This document shows, one piece after another, positions 35,289-45,158 of a stretch of DNA of 64,000 nucleotides; position 1 is the first letter of the stretch, and each line of letters opens with the position of its first letter. The DNA is from a virus. A program made the translations under genes and the position numbers. The notes under the pieces were generated by a model. That model was given only the letters and a program-made list of their open reading frames with translations, made no database searches and was not told the origin of the DNA. The stretch lies in IMG/VR virus record IMGVR_UViG_3300047157_000171. One strand, written 5' to 3'.

Positions 35289-38200
35289 TGGCAAACATTA
35301 GATTTCCTTCTAACGGTAGTGGTACATTCTCAGATGGTCTTGTAGGGGGTCAGAATACTGAGGGTAATGATTTCACGCAGAAAAACTTTTCTGAAGAAGG
35401 AACTCCTGTTGTTAGAGATACTAAAAGTTTTACAACTTCAGATTTTTCTAAACCAATTTCTTTAGAGGACTTAAACAGTGAGGAATCGATTAAAGAGGTT
35501 AGTAAACTATTTGACCAATCATTAAAAATAAAGTTTAACACTGAAAAGGGGTCCAAAGATTTGTTTGGTTCTGCTTTCTTAAGAGCTAAGGTTGCGGTTG
35601 AGAATATCGCAAACACATTTCCAGCGTCTTTAAGAGTGTTTAAAACAACAACCGACGCTCAGACCGTTGATACGGCATATGACGTTGTAAACAATCTACA
35701 ATTTAATACCACGACCTTTAAAATACCATTAAGAGCGATTAGAAATCCATTAGGGATTGAATATAGTAATATTGGTTTAAAAGTTTTCGATGGACAATAT
35801 GATTCTGATAGAAACTTCGCTAAAGAATTTACAAAATATGTTTTATTGTTTTCGGGTGTTGAATATAAAATTAAAAAGGTTTTATTACCAGAAGACAGAT
35901 ATAATGGTGAACTATCAATTACTGTTCACGGAAAACCATTTACAGGTTCAACACAGGAAGAATTCTACATTAAGTTAAACGACATCTTATTTGAGAAGAA
36001 GTTTGAACTAATGGACGATTTTGAACAATTATTATTAGATAGAGAGAACGTTCCATTATACGAGGCTAAGTTTAAAGTCCCTAAAGAAACGAGTGACGGT
36101 AGTTTGTATTTTGGTGATGAAAAGATAAAATGGGAATTGTCCGATGACTTTAACATTGTAGTTGAAGGGGATAAATTTGAAAGATATTTAGAGAAGTTAT
36201 TTGAAACGTGTGAAGTTATTGATAACTACAAGGCGAATTTAATTGCTCGTTTTTTAAGTACGGCTTCTTTACAAGAGTTTGATACGGAAGGTCAAAAAGT
36301 TAAGAAAATATTCCAACTATATGGTAGGTTTTTCGATGATGTAAAGAAATTCATAGACAATATTGCGTATATGAACAATGTTACGTATGATAAGATTAAT
36401 AACGTACCCGATTTACTATTAAAGAACTTGGCTGGGTTATTAGGATTGGATGTGATAACCTCAATTACGGACCGTAACATCGAAGAGTACTTATATAAGA
36501 AAAAAGACAGTCAGTTTGATGGGTTAACAAAAGGAAAAACACCATTTGAGACTGACATTGAAATATATAGAAGAATAATATTAAATTCGGCGTACCTATT
36601 CAAATCTAAAGGTACGAGAAAACCCCTTAGATTCTTATTGAGTTTTATTGGGGCACCTGAATCATTTGTTGAGATAAACGAATACGTTTATAAGGTTATA
36701 AACCGAATTGATTACGATAAGTTTTCTGAAAAATTAGATAACGTTATTGATGGTGAGTGGTTTGAATCTGACGTAGACTTCAAAACGATAAAAGTTTGGA
36801 GTGAAATTAAAGAGGAATGGTTAGATAAGTCGGATTTCCAAAAGAAATATCCAAATGTTGAAATAGACGTATTAGGGTATTTAGAGAATGGTCAACTACC
36901 TGACGGTGAGAATCATGGTGATGCTTATATTTTAGATAAAGAACTGATTAGTGTTGAAGTACAGAAATCGGGTGGGGTATACAATGTTGATGACTATCCA
37001 ATAGAGAGAGTTGGTACTTCAGACAATTCAATACCTAAGACTCCTACGATAACTAACGACTACTTCTTCCAAAAGGGTGCTGGTTGGTTTGAAAGGACAG
37101 ATTCACATAAGTCTGTTTCGGTATTGGATGAAGAAAGGTCTGATTTGACAACTTCACCAAAAACAATTAAGACAAAATTTGAAGATTTCACTTATGGTGA
37201 GAAATTCTATGATAGATATAAAAATTTCCCAAACTTCGATGATGGTTGGGAGTTAAAGGCTGACATCGACAATAAGAAGTCAGATTCAGACACAAACAAG
37301 TTTATATTAAACAGAAAGAACGTTGATATATTCCTTAACCCTGGTCGAGCGGTGTTATTTGATTTTGTAAGAACATATCAAAAACACTCATTATCGTATT
37401 CAGGTGTATTATTAAACAATTTAACATTTGCTCAATTCTCTGAATATGGTTTTTGGAACGGAGTTGAAGTGGGTAAAGGTAAGTACGGAAAGAAATATTG
37501 GGATTTAATCGAATTATTTAAGGATTACTATGAAAGTGGGTTAGGTAAGGCGTATGATTATGACTTAACGTATGCGTACTTAAACAAAATTAGTACATAT
37601 TGGATACGTTTAGTTGAACAGTTTATACCGGCAACTACTTTATGGTTTACTGGTGAAAAAGTTGAGAACCATAATCTACATAGACCAAAGTTTAATTGGG
37701 AAGAACCGTGTAGAAACGATGTTATGTCATTAGACTTATCATTGGCGAAGACATTATATGAGACATTAATTGACTCATTAAAAAAATATAAGAATATACC
37801 TGACTGTTACGAAAGATTATATCGTTATGGTAATTGGTATTTACAGGTAAAAATAAACGACAAAATATACCAAATAGGGGGTAAAGAGTGGACACATTTC
37901 TTTACTTCGACTGAGTCTGATAAGATGGGTTCGTGTAATTTGGATAATGCTCAACCTGGTAGTCCTGACACGTGTCCACAATACGACAATCCGATTTATA
38001 TGTTATGTGATTTTGAAACATACGTAACGTGTTATCCTGATGAATGTAAAGATTTTGTGACCACTATTGTTCAGATGTTGTCACAAATATCTAAAGACAT
38101 ATATAGAGATGAGATTGCTGATAAAGTTAGTGATTGTGATTTTTTATGTGATAACGACGATGGATTGACGTATGTCGCTGACACAGTATTTGGTTCTACT

Positions 38201-41200
38201 ATAAAGACGACTAGTCCAGAGGTTGAAGGGTTAAGTGCTTTTGAGATTGAAGGATTTAAAGATGGTGAGTTTTGTTATGATTGTCATAACGAGATAAAGT
38301 TAATAACCAATAGTTACTGTGGAGAATGTTTCGATATAGATTCGTTAGAAATAGGGATGAAAGTTATTATTAATGAGGGTGAAGGACAAGATGACTGTAA
38401 AGACAGATGTTTTGTGTTGGAGAACATTCCGTTTAGTATTGACCAAAGTCAGTTCGGAGGTGTTCACTATGACGTAAATTACCCTGACCATCATATAGAT
38501 ATGTTAGACCCGAGGGGTACTGTATTTTTAACTGAAAAGTTTGAAGTTGTTAAATGCGTGGACTACGATAAAGTATATCATGGGACGTATCAGTATGTCG
38601 GTGGGTTAGACACAATAGACAGGTTTCCTGTGTATAAACACATAACTGAAGACATTTATCTTTCGTGTTATCCTGATGCGCCTGAATCGGTTAATGGTGA
38701 CTTTATGTTTACTGAAGGACCTAAAGGTTCGTATACTCAGATATATGGTAAATTATCGGATAAAAACTTATTAGACTTCACAAACGTATTCACACATTCA
38801 TTAGAATGGGAAATTGACGACTGTATAACAGTTGATGATTTAGAAGAAGACCAAAATGTTATCAGACACCGTTATGCTACGGGTGATAGTATTGGTATTT
38901 GTGATAGAGTTAATGACGATGGGTTTGATTATGTGAAAATATGGTTACATGGTGGGACTTTTGAAGCTCAAGACGGTACCACTTTACCTTATGATATGTT
39001 CTTTGATTGTAAAGAAGATTTGGTTGAGGGAGAAACTATATGGTATGACGAAGCTGGTGATGTTTTTATAGTTAAGATTAAATCAGGAGAGAATAGGTTG
39101 ATACATGCTTATGACCAATCGGGTGCTCCGATACACATATATTTAAAAGAAAGAAACACCGTGTTGGTGGGTCTTGATTTTGAAACGGACTTAGAAACTA
39201 TCGACGAATATGGTGGTTACGGTCAATATGGTGGTTACGGAGGTTATGGTAGTTACACTTCTTACGGTGGTTACGGTCAATATGGTGGTTACGGAGGATA
39301 TGGTGGTTACGGAGGGTATTTCTGTTACGGAAACGAATATCTTTTTTATTCAAATATAAATCCTTATTGTATTGGTAGACTTGATTATGAGATAAGACCT
39401 GAGTGTCAAGGTTATTTAACGGATACTGAATTTTATAGGGTTAAAGGAGAAACAATACCATACGAAATAACTATTGATGAGGTAATTGTCGGTGAAAATG
39501 TTGAAACAGTTAGGGTTCAGGATATTAATGTCGGTGATTTAATTATCGCTGCGAGTCCTAATTACGGAGAAATGGATTTCTGTGATTACTCGGAGTTCCA
39601 ATATGGGAATGAAAGTATTGTGTGTAATTACACAAAAAACATTAAAATGGTTCCTGTGATGAGTACATCATGTGGGAGAATATATAAATACATTAATATT
39701 AATGAAGGTAGGGTTAAAGTGGAATTCCATCATAATATTTTAGTATTAGAGGATTTAAACAAAACGAATTCAAACGACTTATTAACAACGTGTTATACTG
39801 AAGCACCTACAAAACCAATTGGAACGATTTACAACTTAGACGGGACACCATCACAGGTGTTTTATGATAATGAATATCAGATAGTTGGTAAACCGGCTAA
39901 TGAGATTAGTATCGGTGATTATATAATAACAACAGAAGAGTGTGGTGTAATTGAAGTAAAGAGTTTGGTTTATGATGATTACTGTGATGAGGGTCTGTTT
40001 AATGACAAGTATCAAATTAAGTTTGATGAGGATATGTTTGCGTGGTATAGACCTAAAGACGGATATGATACAATATATATCAACGATAAATGTGTTCCTT
40101 ATTGTGAGTTAATATGTTGTGATGAAATAGAGATGTGTATTGACGACATAAGTATTAGTGGTATTTGTATTGACGATATAAGTTACGTTATTGGTGATGT
40201 ACCAACAACAACTACATCAACTACAGAGGAGGTTACAACAACCACAACTACTAAGGATAGACGTTACTACGACTACTTCAACGACAGAGGAGCCGTTACA
40301 ACAACCACAACTACTGAAAAAGACGTTACAACTACTACGACTACAGAAAAACCATGTGTTTGTTATAAAACAAACCCTTATGATGATAGAATGTTTGTGG
40401 TTTACAAAAATTGTGATGGAAATCAGATAACAATAAATAAAACATGTAACTCTACTATCTGTCAGGGGATTGAATTTTCAGCTACGGAAATATTGAGTGG
40501 ACAATCGGAAGTTTTTATTGTTGATTGTGAAGATAAAACAACAACTACTTCTACAACAGAAGAACCGACAACAACGACTAGTACGACTAAGGATATAACG
40601 ACAACGACTAGTACGACTAAGGATATAACGACAACGACTAGTACAACAGAAGAACCAACAACAACGACTAGTACGACAGAAGATAAGACGACTACCACTT
40701 CTACTACAGAGGATAAGACAACAACCACTTCTACGACTAAGGATATAACAACAACCACTTCTACAACAGAAGAGCCGACAACGACTACCTCTACGACTAA
40801 GGATAGGACTACTACTACTTCTACAACGGAAGAACCGACAACAACGACTAGTACAACAGAGGATATGACAACGACTACTTCTACAACAGAAGTTGAACCG
40901 TTATGTGTTTGTATAGAATTTACACATATTTCTACGGGACCTGGAAGACATATTGGGTATTATGACGATTGTGATGGTATTCAGAGAGAGATAATGGTAA
41001 ACCCATTAGAAAGTGAAAAAGTGTGTGGTACCGGGTTAAATATATCAACATCAGATGGTAAATTAATTTACCAAGTAGGTGAGGAATGTGACATTTATAG
41101 AAAATGTCCAAGCGATGAAACGACAACAACGACAAGTTTTAGAGAACCTGACGACCCAACAACAACCACTTCTACAACAGAAGAGCCGACAACAACAACT

Positions 41201-41626
41201 TCAACCACTATGGGTGACGGTGGTTCGGGTCCGATTACAACGACAACAACTAGAGGAAATAATGAAACAACTTATTGTGTTAATTTTGATTGGTTAGGTT
41301 CTCAGGTAATACCACAATCCTCAGGTAAGGCATATGCTGATAGTACAACAGTTAGTCAAATAACTGAATTCTATTTATATGATGTCGCTTGTGGAAATGG
41401 TGATTTTGATACATTAGCAAACGCATTAACCACGGGTTATGGTCTTACGGTTAGTAGAGGTAATTCGACGGCTAACTTTACTCTTAATTCGTTGACAAAT
41501 AATAGTCAAATGAACTATTGGACTTTAGGGGTTACTTATAATTCAGGAACAGTAACACAGGCGCCCGAAGGGTTACCATGTCATCAACCAAATAACTTCT
41601 GTTTCACACAACCAATACTAAGTTAA
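35288..41626 (+). CDS. Giant (2112 aa) baseplate wedge / fibre protein: gpI/gp7-like core, Cys-rich region, YGG repeat, Hint-like domain, mucin-like Thr repeats
   Basis: P2 gpI-like motif LLKNLAGLLG...IYRRIILNSAYLFKSKGTRKPLRFLLSFIG; the low-complexity segments are directly visible. Confidence 0.65.
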   Translation: MANIRFPSNGSGTFSDGLVGGQNTEGNDFTQKNFSEEGTPVVRDTKSFTTSDFSKPISLEDLNSEESIKEVSKLFDQSLKIKFNTEKGSKDLFGSAFLRAKVAVENIANTFPASLRVFKTTTDAQTVDTAYDVVNNLQFNTTTFKIPLRAIRNPLGIEYSNIGLKVFDGQYDSDRNFAKEFTKYVLLFSGVEYKIKKVLLPEDRYNGELSITVHGKPFTGSTQEEFYIKLNDILFEKKFELMDDFEQLLLDRENVPLYEAKFKVPKETSDGSLYFGDEKIKWELSDDFNIVVEGDKFERYLEKLFETCEVIDNYKANLIARFLSTASLQEFDTEGQKVKKIFQLYGRFFDDVKKFIDNIAYMNNVTYDKINNVPDLLLKNLAGLLGLDVITSITDRNIEEYLYKKKDSQFDGLTKGKTPFETDIEIYRRIILNSAYLFKSKGTRKPLRFLLSFIGAPESFVEINEYVYKVINRIDYDKFSEKLDNVIDGEWFESDVDFKTIKVWSEIKEEWLDKSDFQKKYPNVEIDVLGYLENGQLPDGENHGDAYILDKELISVEVQKSGGVYNVDDYPIERVGTSDNSIPKTPTITNDYFFQKGAGWFERTDSHKSVSVLDEERSDLTTSPKTIKTKFEDFTYGEKFYDRYKNFPNFDDGWELKADIDNKKSDSDTNKFILNRKNVDIFLNPGRAVLFDFVRTYQKHSLSYSGVLLNNLTFAQFSEYGFWNGVEVGKGKYGKKYWDLIELFKDYYESGLGKAYDYDLTYAYLNKISTYWIRLVEQFIPATTLWFTGEKVENHNLHRPKFNWEEPCRNDVMSLDLSLAKTLYETLIDSLKKYKNIPDCYERLYRYGNWYLQVKINDKIYQIGGKEWTHFFTSTESDKMGSCNLDNAQPGSPDTCPQYDNPIYMLCDFETYVTCYPDECKDFVTTIVQMLSQISKDIYRDEIADKVSDCDFLCDNDDGLTYVADTVFGSTIKTTSPEVEGLSAFEIEGFKDGEFCYDCHNEIKLITNSYCGECFDIDSLEIGMKVIINEGEGQDDCKDRCFVLENIPFSIDQSQFGGVHYDVNYPDHHIDMLDPRGTVFLTEKFEVVKCVDYDKVYHGTYQYVGGLDTIDRFPVYKHITEDIYLSCYPDAPESVNGDFMFTEGPKGSYTQIYGKLSDKNLLDFTNVFTHSLEWEIDDCITVDDLEEDQNVIRHRYATGDSIGICDRVNDDGFDYVKIWLHGGTFEAQDGTTLPYDMFFDCKEDLVEGETIWYDEAGDVFIVKIKSGENRLIHAYDQSGAPIHIYLKERNTVLVGLDFETDLETIDEYGGYGQYGGYGGYGSYTSYGGYGQYGGYGGYGGYGGYFCYGNEYLFYSNINPYCIGRLDYEIRPECQGYLTDTEFYRVKGETIPYEITIDEVIVGENVETVRVQDINVGDLIIAASPNYGEMDFCDYSEFQYGNESIVCNYTKNIKMVPVMSTSCGRIYKYININEGRVKVEFHHNILVLEDLNKTNSNDLLTTCYTEAPTKPIGTIYNLDGTPSQVFYDNEYQIVGKPANEISIGDYIITTEECGVIEVKSLVYDDYCDEGLFNDKYQIKFDEDMFAWYRPKDGYDTIYINDKCVPYCELICCDEIEMCIDDISISGICIDDISYVIGDVPTTTTSTTEEVTTTTTTKDRRYYDYFNDRGAVTTTTTTEKDVTTTTTTEKPCVCYKTNPYDDRMFVVYKNCDGNQITINKTCNSTICQGIEFSATEILSGQSEVFIVDCEDKTTTTSTTEEPTTTTSTTKDITTTTSTTKDITTTTSTTEEPTTTTSTTEDKTTTTSTTEDKTTTTSTTKDITTTTSTTEEPTTTTSTTKDRTTTTSTTEEPTTTTSTTEDMTTTTSTTEVEPLCVCIEFTHISTGPGRHIGYYDDCDGIQREIMVNPLESEKVCGTGLNISTSDGKLIYQVGEECDIYRKCPSDETTTTTSFREPDDPTTTTSTTEEPTTTTSTTMGDGGSGPITTTTTRGNNETTYCVNFDWLGSQVIPQSSGKAYADSTTVSQITEFYLYDVACGNGDFDTLANALTTGYGLTVSRGNSTANFTLNSLTNNSQMNYWTLGVTYNSGTVTQAPEGLPCHQPNNFCFTQPILS
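39209..39319 (+). repeat. Tyr-Gly-Gly coding repeat
   Basis: Encodes YGGYGQYGGYGGYGSYTSYGGYGQYGGYGGYGGYGGY; the block ggtggttacggtcaatatggtggttacggagg is present twice. Confidence 0.9.
40538..40897 (+). repeat. 12 x 30-bp coding tandem repeat (TTTTSTT-EEP/KDI/EDK...)
   Basis: Twelve 10-aa units with varied synonymous codons. Confidence 0.95.
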
Positions 41627-41671
41627 ATAAAAATATAAAGACAATAAGTAAAAGATTTAATAGAATAAATA

Positions 41672-41679
41672 TATTTATA
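41672..41679 (+). promoter_or_regulatory. Putative late promoter TATTTATA
   Basis: Starts 20 nt before ATG 41692. Confidence 0.45.
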
Positions 41680-41691
41680 TAATAAAAGAAA

Positions 41692-42786
41692 ATGGGAAAT
41701 ATTAACGATACTAATAACAGGTTAGCCACAGACACTCCAGATACTACTACAACTACTACCACAGGTGGAGTTTCGGTTACGTTTAGTAGTCCTAGTAATG
41801 GACCGTGTAATTTAACATTTACCCCTGATTGTGGTGGGGTAACGACTAATAATAATACATCTAGGGTTGCTACTGACACGCCTGATACACCTACCGTGAC
41901 AATACTGGGTATTAATTTCCCTTACACTTTTTATCCTTCAGAACATGGAGTTGATGATATTTTTGGTACATATACGTTTAATTGTGGTGGTTGTGAATAT
42001 ATAAGAAACATAGAGAGAGTGTGTAACGATAATGATATATCATATACAGTATTAGGTTCTTCTGTTACGACAACAACAACAGAGGATGTTACAACAACTA
42101 GTACGACTGAAGATGTAACAACGACTAGTACGACTGAAGATGTAACAACGACTAGTACAACTGAAGATGTAACGACTACAACCACTTCGTCAGGTTGTAA
42201 AAATTATCTGTTAAAAGCTGATGACCAATTTACGGAGTTTAGATATATTGCGTGTGGTGAAACAAACTACACAACTGTAGGTCTTAATCGAGACACTAGT
42301 AGAGTGGTATGTTCAGAAAATATACCAGTAGTTACTGTTGGTTCGGATAATGCTGAAGTGATTGATACGGGTATAAGTTGTACTGAAGACCCAACAACAA
42401 CGACTAGTACGACTACGGAGATAGAGACGACTCGTTTTTATATTTCAGCAGGAAAACCAATACTTGGGGTGTATGAAGAAGGAACGAACGAAGGTACTGG
42501 GTTCTGTGACAACACATACTTATTATCGGGTGCCCTTTGGGTGGTTGGTAATTTAACACAGACTTCATCTTTACTTAATAAAACAGTATACACCAATAGT
42601 GATATGGATACTTTCATACCTGTCGGATATTATTACGTACACGGAAGTCCGGGTTACCCTAATGGTACCTATGGAGGAGCGGTACCAGGTCAGCAACACT
42701 TAGCAATAAGGGTAGACGCGAATGGTCTTGTTGGTACTGTTGTTAGTCATAATTGTGGAGACCAAGGAGGAGGACAAGACCTTTAA
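41692..42786 (+). CDS. Thr-rich, Cys-module putative virion decoration/fibre protein A
   Basis: TTTSTTEDV x~4 (27-bp units at ~42070-42190), Cys modules, N-terminal region paralogous to 42807. Confidence 0.6.
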   Translation: MGNINDTNNRLATDTPDTTTTTTTGGVSVTFSSPSNGPCNLTFTPDCGGVTTNNNTSRVATDTPDTPTVTILGINFPYTFYPSEHGVDDIFGTYTFNCGGCEYIRNIERVCNDNDISYTVLGSSVTTTTTEDVTTTSTTEDVTTTSTTEDVTTTSTTEDVTTTTTSSGCKNYLLKADDQFTEFRYIACGETNYTTVGLNRDTSRVVCSENIPVVTVGSDNAEVIDTGISCTEDPTTTTSTTTEIETTRFYISAGKPILGVYEEGTNEGTGFCDNTYLLSGALWVVGNLTQTSSLLNKTVYTNSDMDTFIPVGYYYVHGSPGYPNGTYGGAVPGQQHLAIRVDANGLVGTVVSHNCGDQGGGQDL

Positions 42787-42806
42787 AAATATAAAAAATA
42801 CGAGAT

Positions 42807-44114
42807 ATGTCTAATATAAACGAAAAAGAAAACAATAACGGTAGTATCAATAATACGTCTATTGATAGTAATGGGAATGGTGATTTAGCTGCTACTGATA
42901 CTACAACAGTTAATGGGAATGGTAGTTTAGACGCTACTGATACTACTACAGTACAACCTTCAACTCAAACGGTTAGGTTTGAACGAATGAGTAATGGTAA
43001 ATGTGATTTAACATTTACCCCAACGTCTACAACATCTACGACTAATAATACGTCTAAGGCCGCTACGGATACGACTGATACGACAACTACACAACCTAAC
43101 AGTGTTAGTATCCCCAACGTGTCTTTTCCTTACGAGTTTGACCCTTTAGACCATGGGTTTAATAGTGTAAATGGGACATATACGTTTGATTGTTGTGGAT
43201 GTCCTTATGTGTTCGTTATCGATGGTGAAGATAATTCTGTAACAACTACTACTACTGAAGAGGTTACAACAACGACAACTAGTAAAGACACTGACCCAAT
43301 AACGACCACAACTACTACTGAAGAGGTTACAACAACGACAACGACTGAAGATGTGTGTGATAACTGTACTACGGTTAGGGTTCGTAAAAATCCGTTATCG
43401 ACTAATGTTAGTTTTGATTATATAGATTGTGATAACAATAGTCAGTCTTATACCTTCCAAACTAAGGTTGCGGTTATTGATTTATGTGTGTGTACAGGAA
43501 GTATACCAAGTAGTGATGACTATACTGTTGAATTTATCGAAGAATGTACAACAGGATTACCGGTATTAACCTGCGATTTATTACAATTCACAGTTAATGA
43601 TGGGGAGAATGGAGAACTTGTTAGTTTTAATAATGGAAGTGGATTATTTATACCGGCTCAGGTAACACCTATTCAATATAATTTAGGTGTTGGAACCTAT
43701 ACTGTTAGTGTTACAGTACCAGATGGATATAGTAACGCAGGTGATACTTTAGAATGTGTGAGTGATGAGGTTATTGTATCTCAAGGTGGTGGTGATACCA
43801 CGACAACATCGACAAAGGGTTCATCTAATGCGTTTTGTGCTAAGGTAACATATGGACCTAACAGTCCGAATACGCTACAAACGCCACAGGGTGGAGAGAT
43901 ATTGGAATTTCAAATAAACCAGATGTTTACATATTCTAACGAAGATGGGGGAGGATTCTTTAGAATATGTACTGACAATGGAGCGTTCTATGTGGTAGAG
44001 AATAATTCGGTGAGAGTAATTCAAGAGAGTGACGATATTGATATTGAATATAATACGGATGATAGATGTACTACTGATGGTTCTGGAAATATTGACTGTG
44101 TACAAAGAGTTTAA
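42807..44114 (+). CDS. Thr-rich, Cys-module putative virion decoration/fibre protein B
   Basis: Shares SNG.C.LTFTP and FPY.F.P..HG....GTYTF.C.GC.Y with 41692; TTTTTEEVTTTT linkers. Confidence 0.6.
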   Translation: MSNINEKENNNGSINNTSIDSNGNGDLAATDTTTVNGNGSLDATDTTTVQPSTQTVRFERMSNGKCDLTFTPTSTTSTTNNTSKAATDTTDTTTTQPNSVSIPNVSFPYEFDPLDHGFNSVNGTYTFDCCGCPYVFVIDGEDNSVTTTTTEEVTTTTTSKDTDPITTTTTTEEVTTTTTTEDVCDNCTTVRVRKNPLSTNVSFDYIDCDNNSQSYTFQTKVAVIDLCVCTGSIPSSDDYTVEFIEECTTGLPVLTCDLLQFTVNDGENGELVSFNNGSGLFIPAQVTPIQYNLGVGTYTVSVTVPDGYSNAGDTLECVSDEVIVSQGGGDTTTTSTKGSSNAFCAKVTYGPNSPNTLQTPQGGEILEFQINQMFTYSNEDGGGFFRICTDNGAFYVVENNSVRVIQESDDIDIEYNTDDRCTTDGSGNIDCVQRV

Positions 44115-44173
44115 GTGTATACTTAAAGATAGTTTTTATTACATTAATGGTATAATCACATAAAAAATATTGT

Positions 44174-45106
44174 ATGGTAACTATATGTTCACAACCCGAT
44201 AATATATATTTTCATTGGCAAAATCTAATACAGTTCTATAACTTTAAAAAGTTAGGAATTTTAAAAGACCATAGGGCGGTTTTTCTAGTTAGTCAAGGAA
44301 AATCTCCTTCTAAGTTTGTTTTAGAATTTAAAAAACAATATCCTAAAAACGTTTTCATATATATGGACGATAGGATACAAAAACACTACATCCCAACCAT
44401 TAAAATACACGGGGTTGTTAAGTACTTAACGACTGACAGGAAACAACAAGATTTAATGTTAATTGATTCGGACATTATCCTTAACGAAAAAATTGATTAT
44501 AGTAAATTCACAGAAAATAATACGGTATATTGTAGTAACACAAAAGGGTATTTAGGGTATCAATATCTAAAGACTAAGGGGGATGAAATTGTTACAGACA
44601 TGTGTCACTTTATGGGTATTACATTGGACGATGTAAAAGACCAAAATGATAATTCAGGGGGTGCTCAATTATATTATAAAGGTGTTGATGGATTATTAGA
44701 GTATTTTAAAGAGGTTGAGGACAAAGCCCCTAAATTATATGATTTGATGGTTAAACATCCAACGTATAATGATTATAAACCAACAATACAGGCTTGGACA
44801 TCAGAGATGTGGGCAGTGTTATGGTTACTGTGGAAACGAGACGTTAAAACTGAAATACATTCTGAATTAGATTTCAGATGGGCTACTGATGATATTTCTT
44901 TATGGAAGACAAATAAGATACTACATATGGCTGGTGTAACCGCAGGTATGAAAGACGTTTTCTTTAAGGGTGGTTTTATCACAAAGACACCATTTAATAC
45001 TGATTTTGATTATATTAGGGAGAATTCTATCACTAAAATCTATATAGAAGAAATGGAAGAATTAAAGAAAGACCAATCTTTCAAAAACTTAATAGAACTC
45101 CTTTAA
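44174..45106 (+). CDS. GT-A glycosyltransferase resembling plant GT95/GT96 (HPAT/SERGT) protein O-glycosyltransferases
   Basis: YFHWQ, YIPTIKIHGVVKYL, LIDSDII (DxD), WTSEMW and ILHMAG appear in the same order as the plant motifs, as recalled. Confidence 0.6.
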   Translation: MVTICSQPDNIYFHWQNLIQFYNFKKLGILKDHRAVFLVSQGKSPSKFVLEFKKQYPKNVFIYMDDRIQKHYIPTIKIHGVVKYLTTDRKQQDLMLIDSDIILNEKIDYSKFTENNTVYCSNTKGYLGYQYLKTKGDEIVTDMCHFMGITLDDVKDQNDNSGGAQLYYKGVDGLLEYFKEVEDKAPKLYDLMVKHPTYNDYKPTIQAWTSEMWAVLWLLWKRDVKTEIHSELDFRWATDDISLWKTNKILHMAGVTAGMKDVFFKGGFITKTPFNTDFDYIRENSITKIYIEEMEELKKDQSFKNLIELL

Positions 45107-45112
45107 TTTTCA

Positions 45113-45142
45113 TTCACTTTATTTTTTAATTTAATACTTTTA
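45113..45142 (+). promoter_or_regulatory. Putative middle promoter
   Basis: TTCACT-N16-TACTTTTA. Confidence 0.3.
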
Positions 45143-45158
45143 CGTATACAATAGAGCT

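Noticed and set aside
40538-40897. Possible CRISPR array
   Set aside because: In-frame 30-bp degenerate units with no unique spacers and no cas genes; this is a coding repeat.
40462-42185. Minus-strand Val-rich ORFs (40462-40758, 41604-41879, 41931-42185)
   Set aside because: These are antisense shadows of Thr (ACN) repeats, which read as Val (GTN). They have no independent coding signal.
41692-44114. Diversity-generating retroelement TR/VR pair
   Set aside because: The similarity is protein-level paralogy, not adenine-specific mismatches, and no reverse transcriptase is present in the window.
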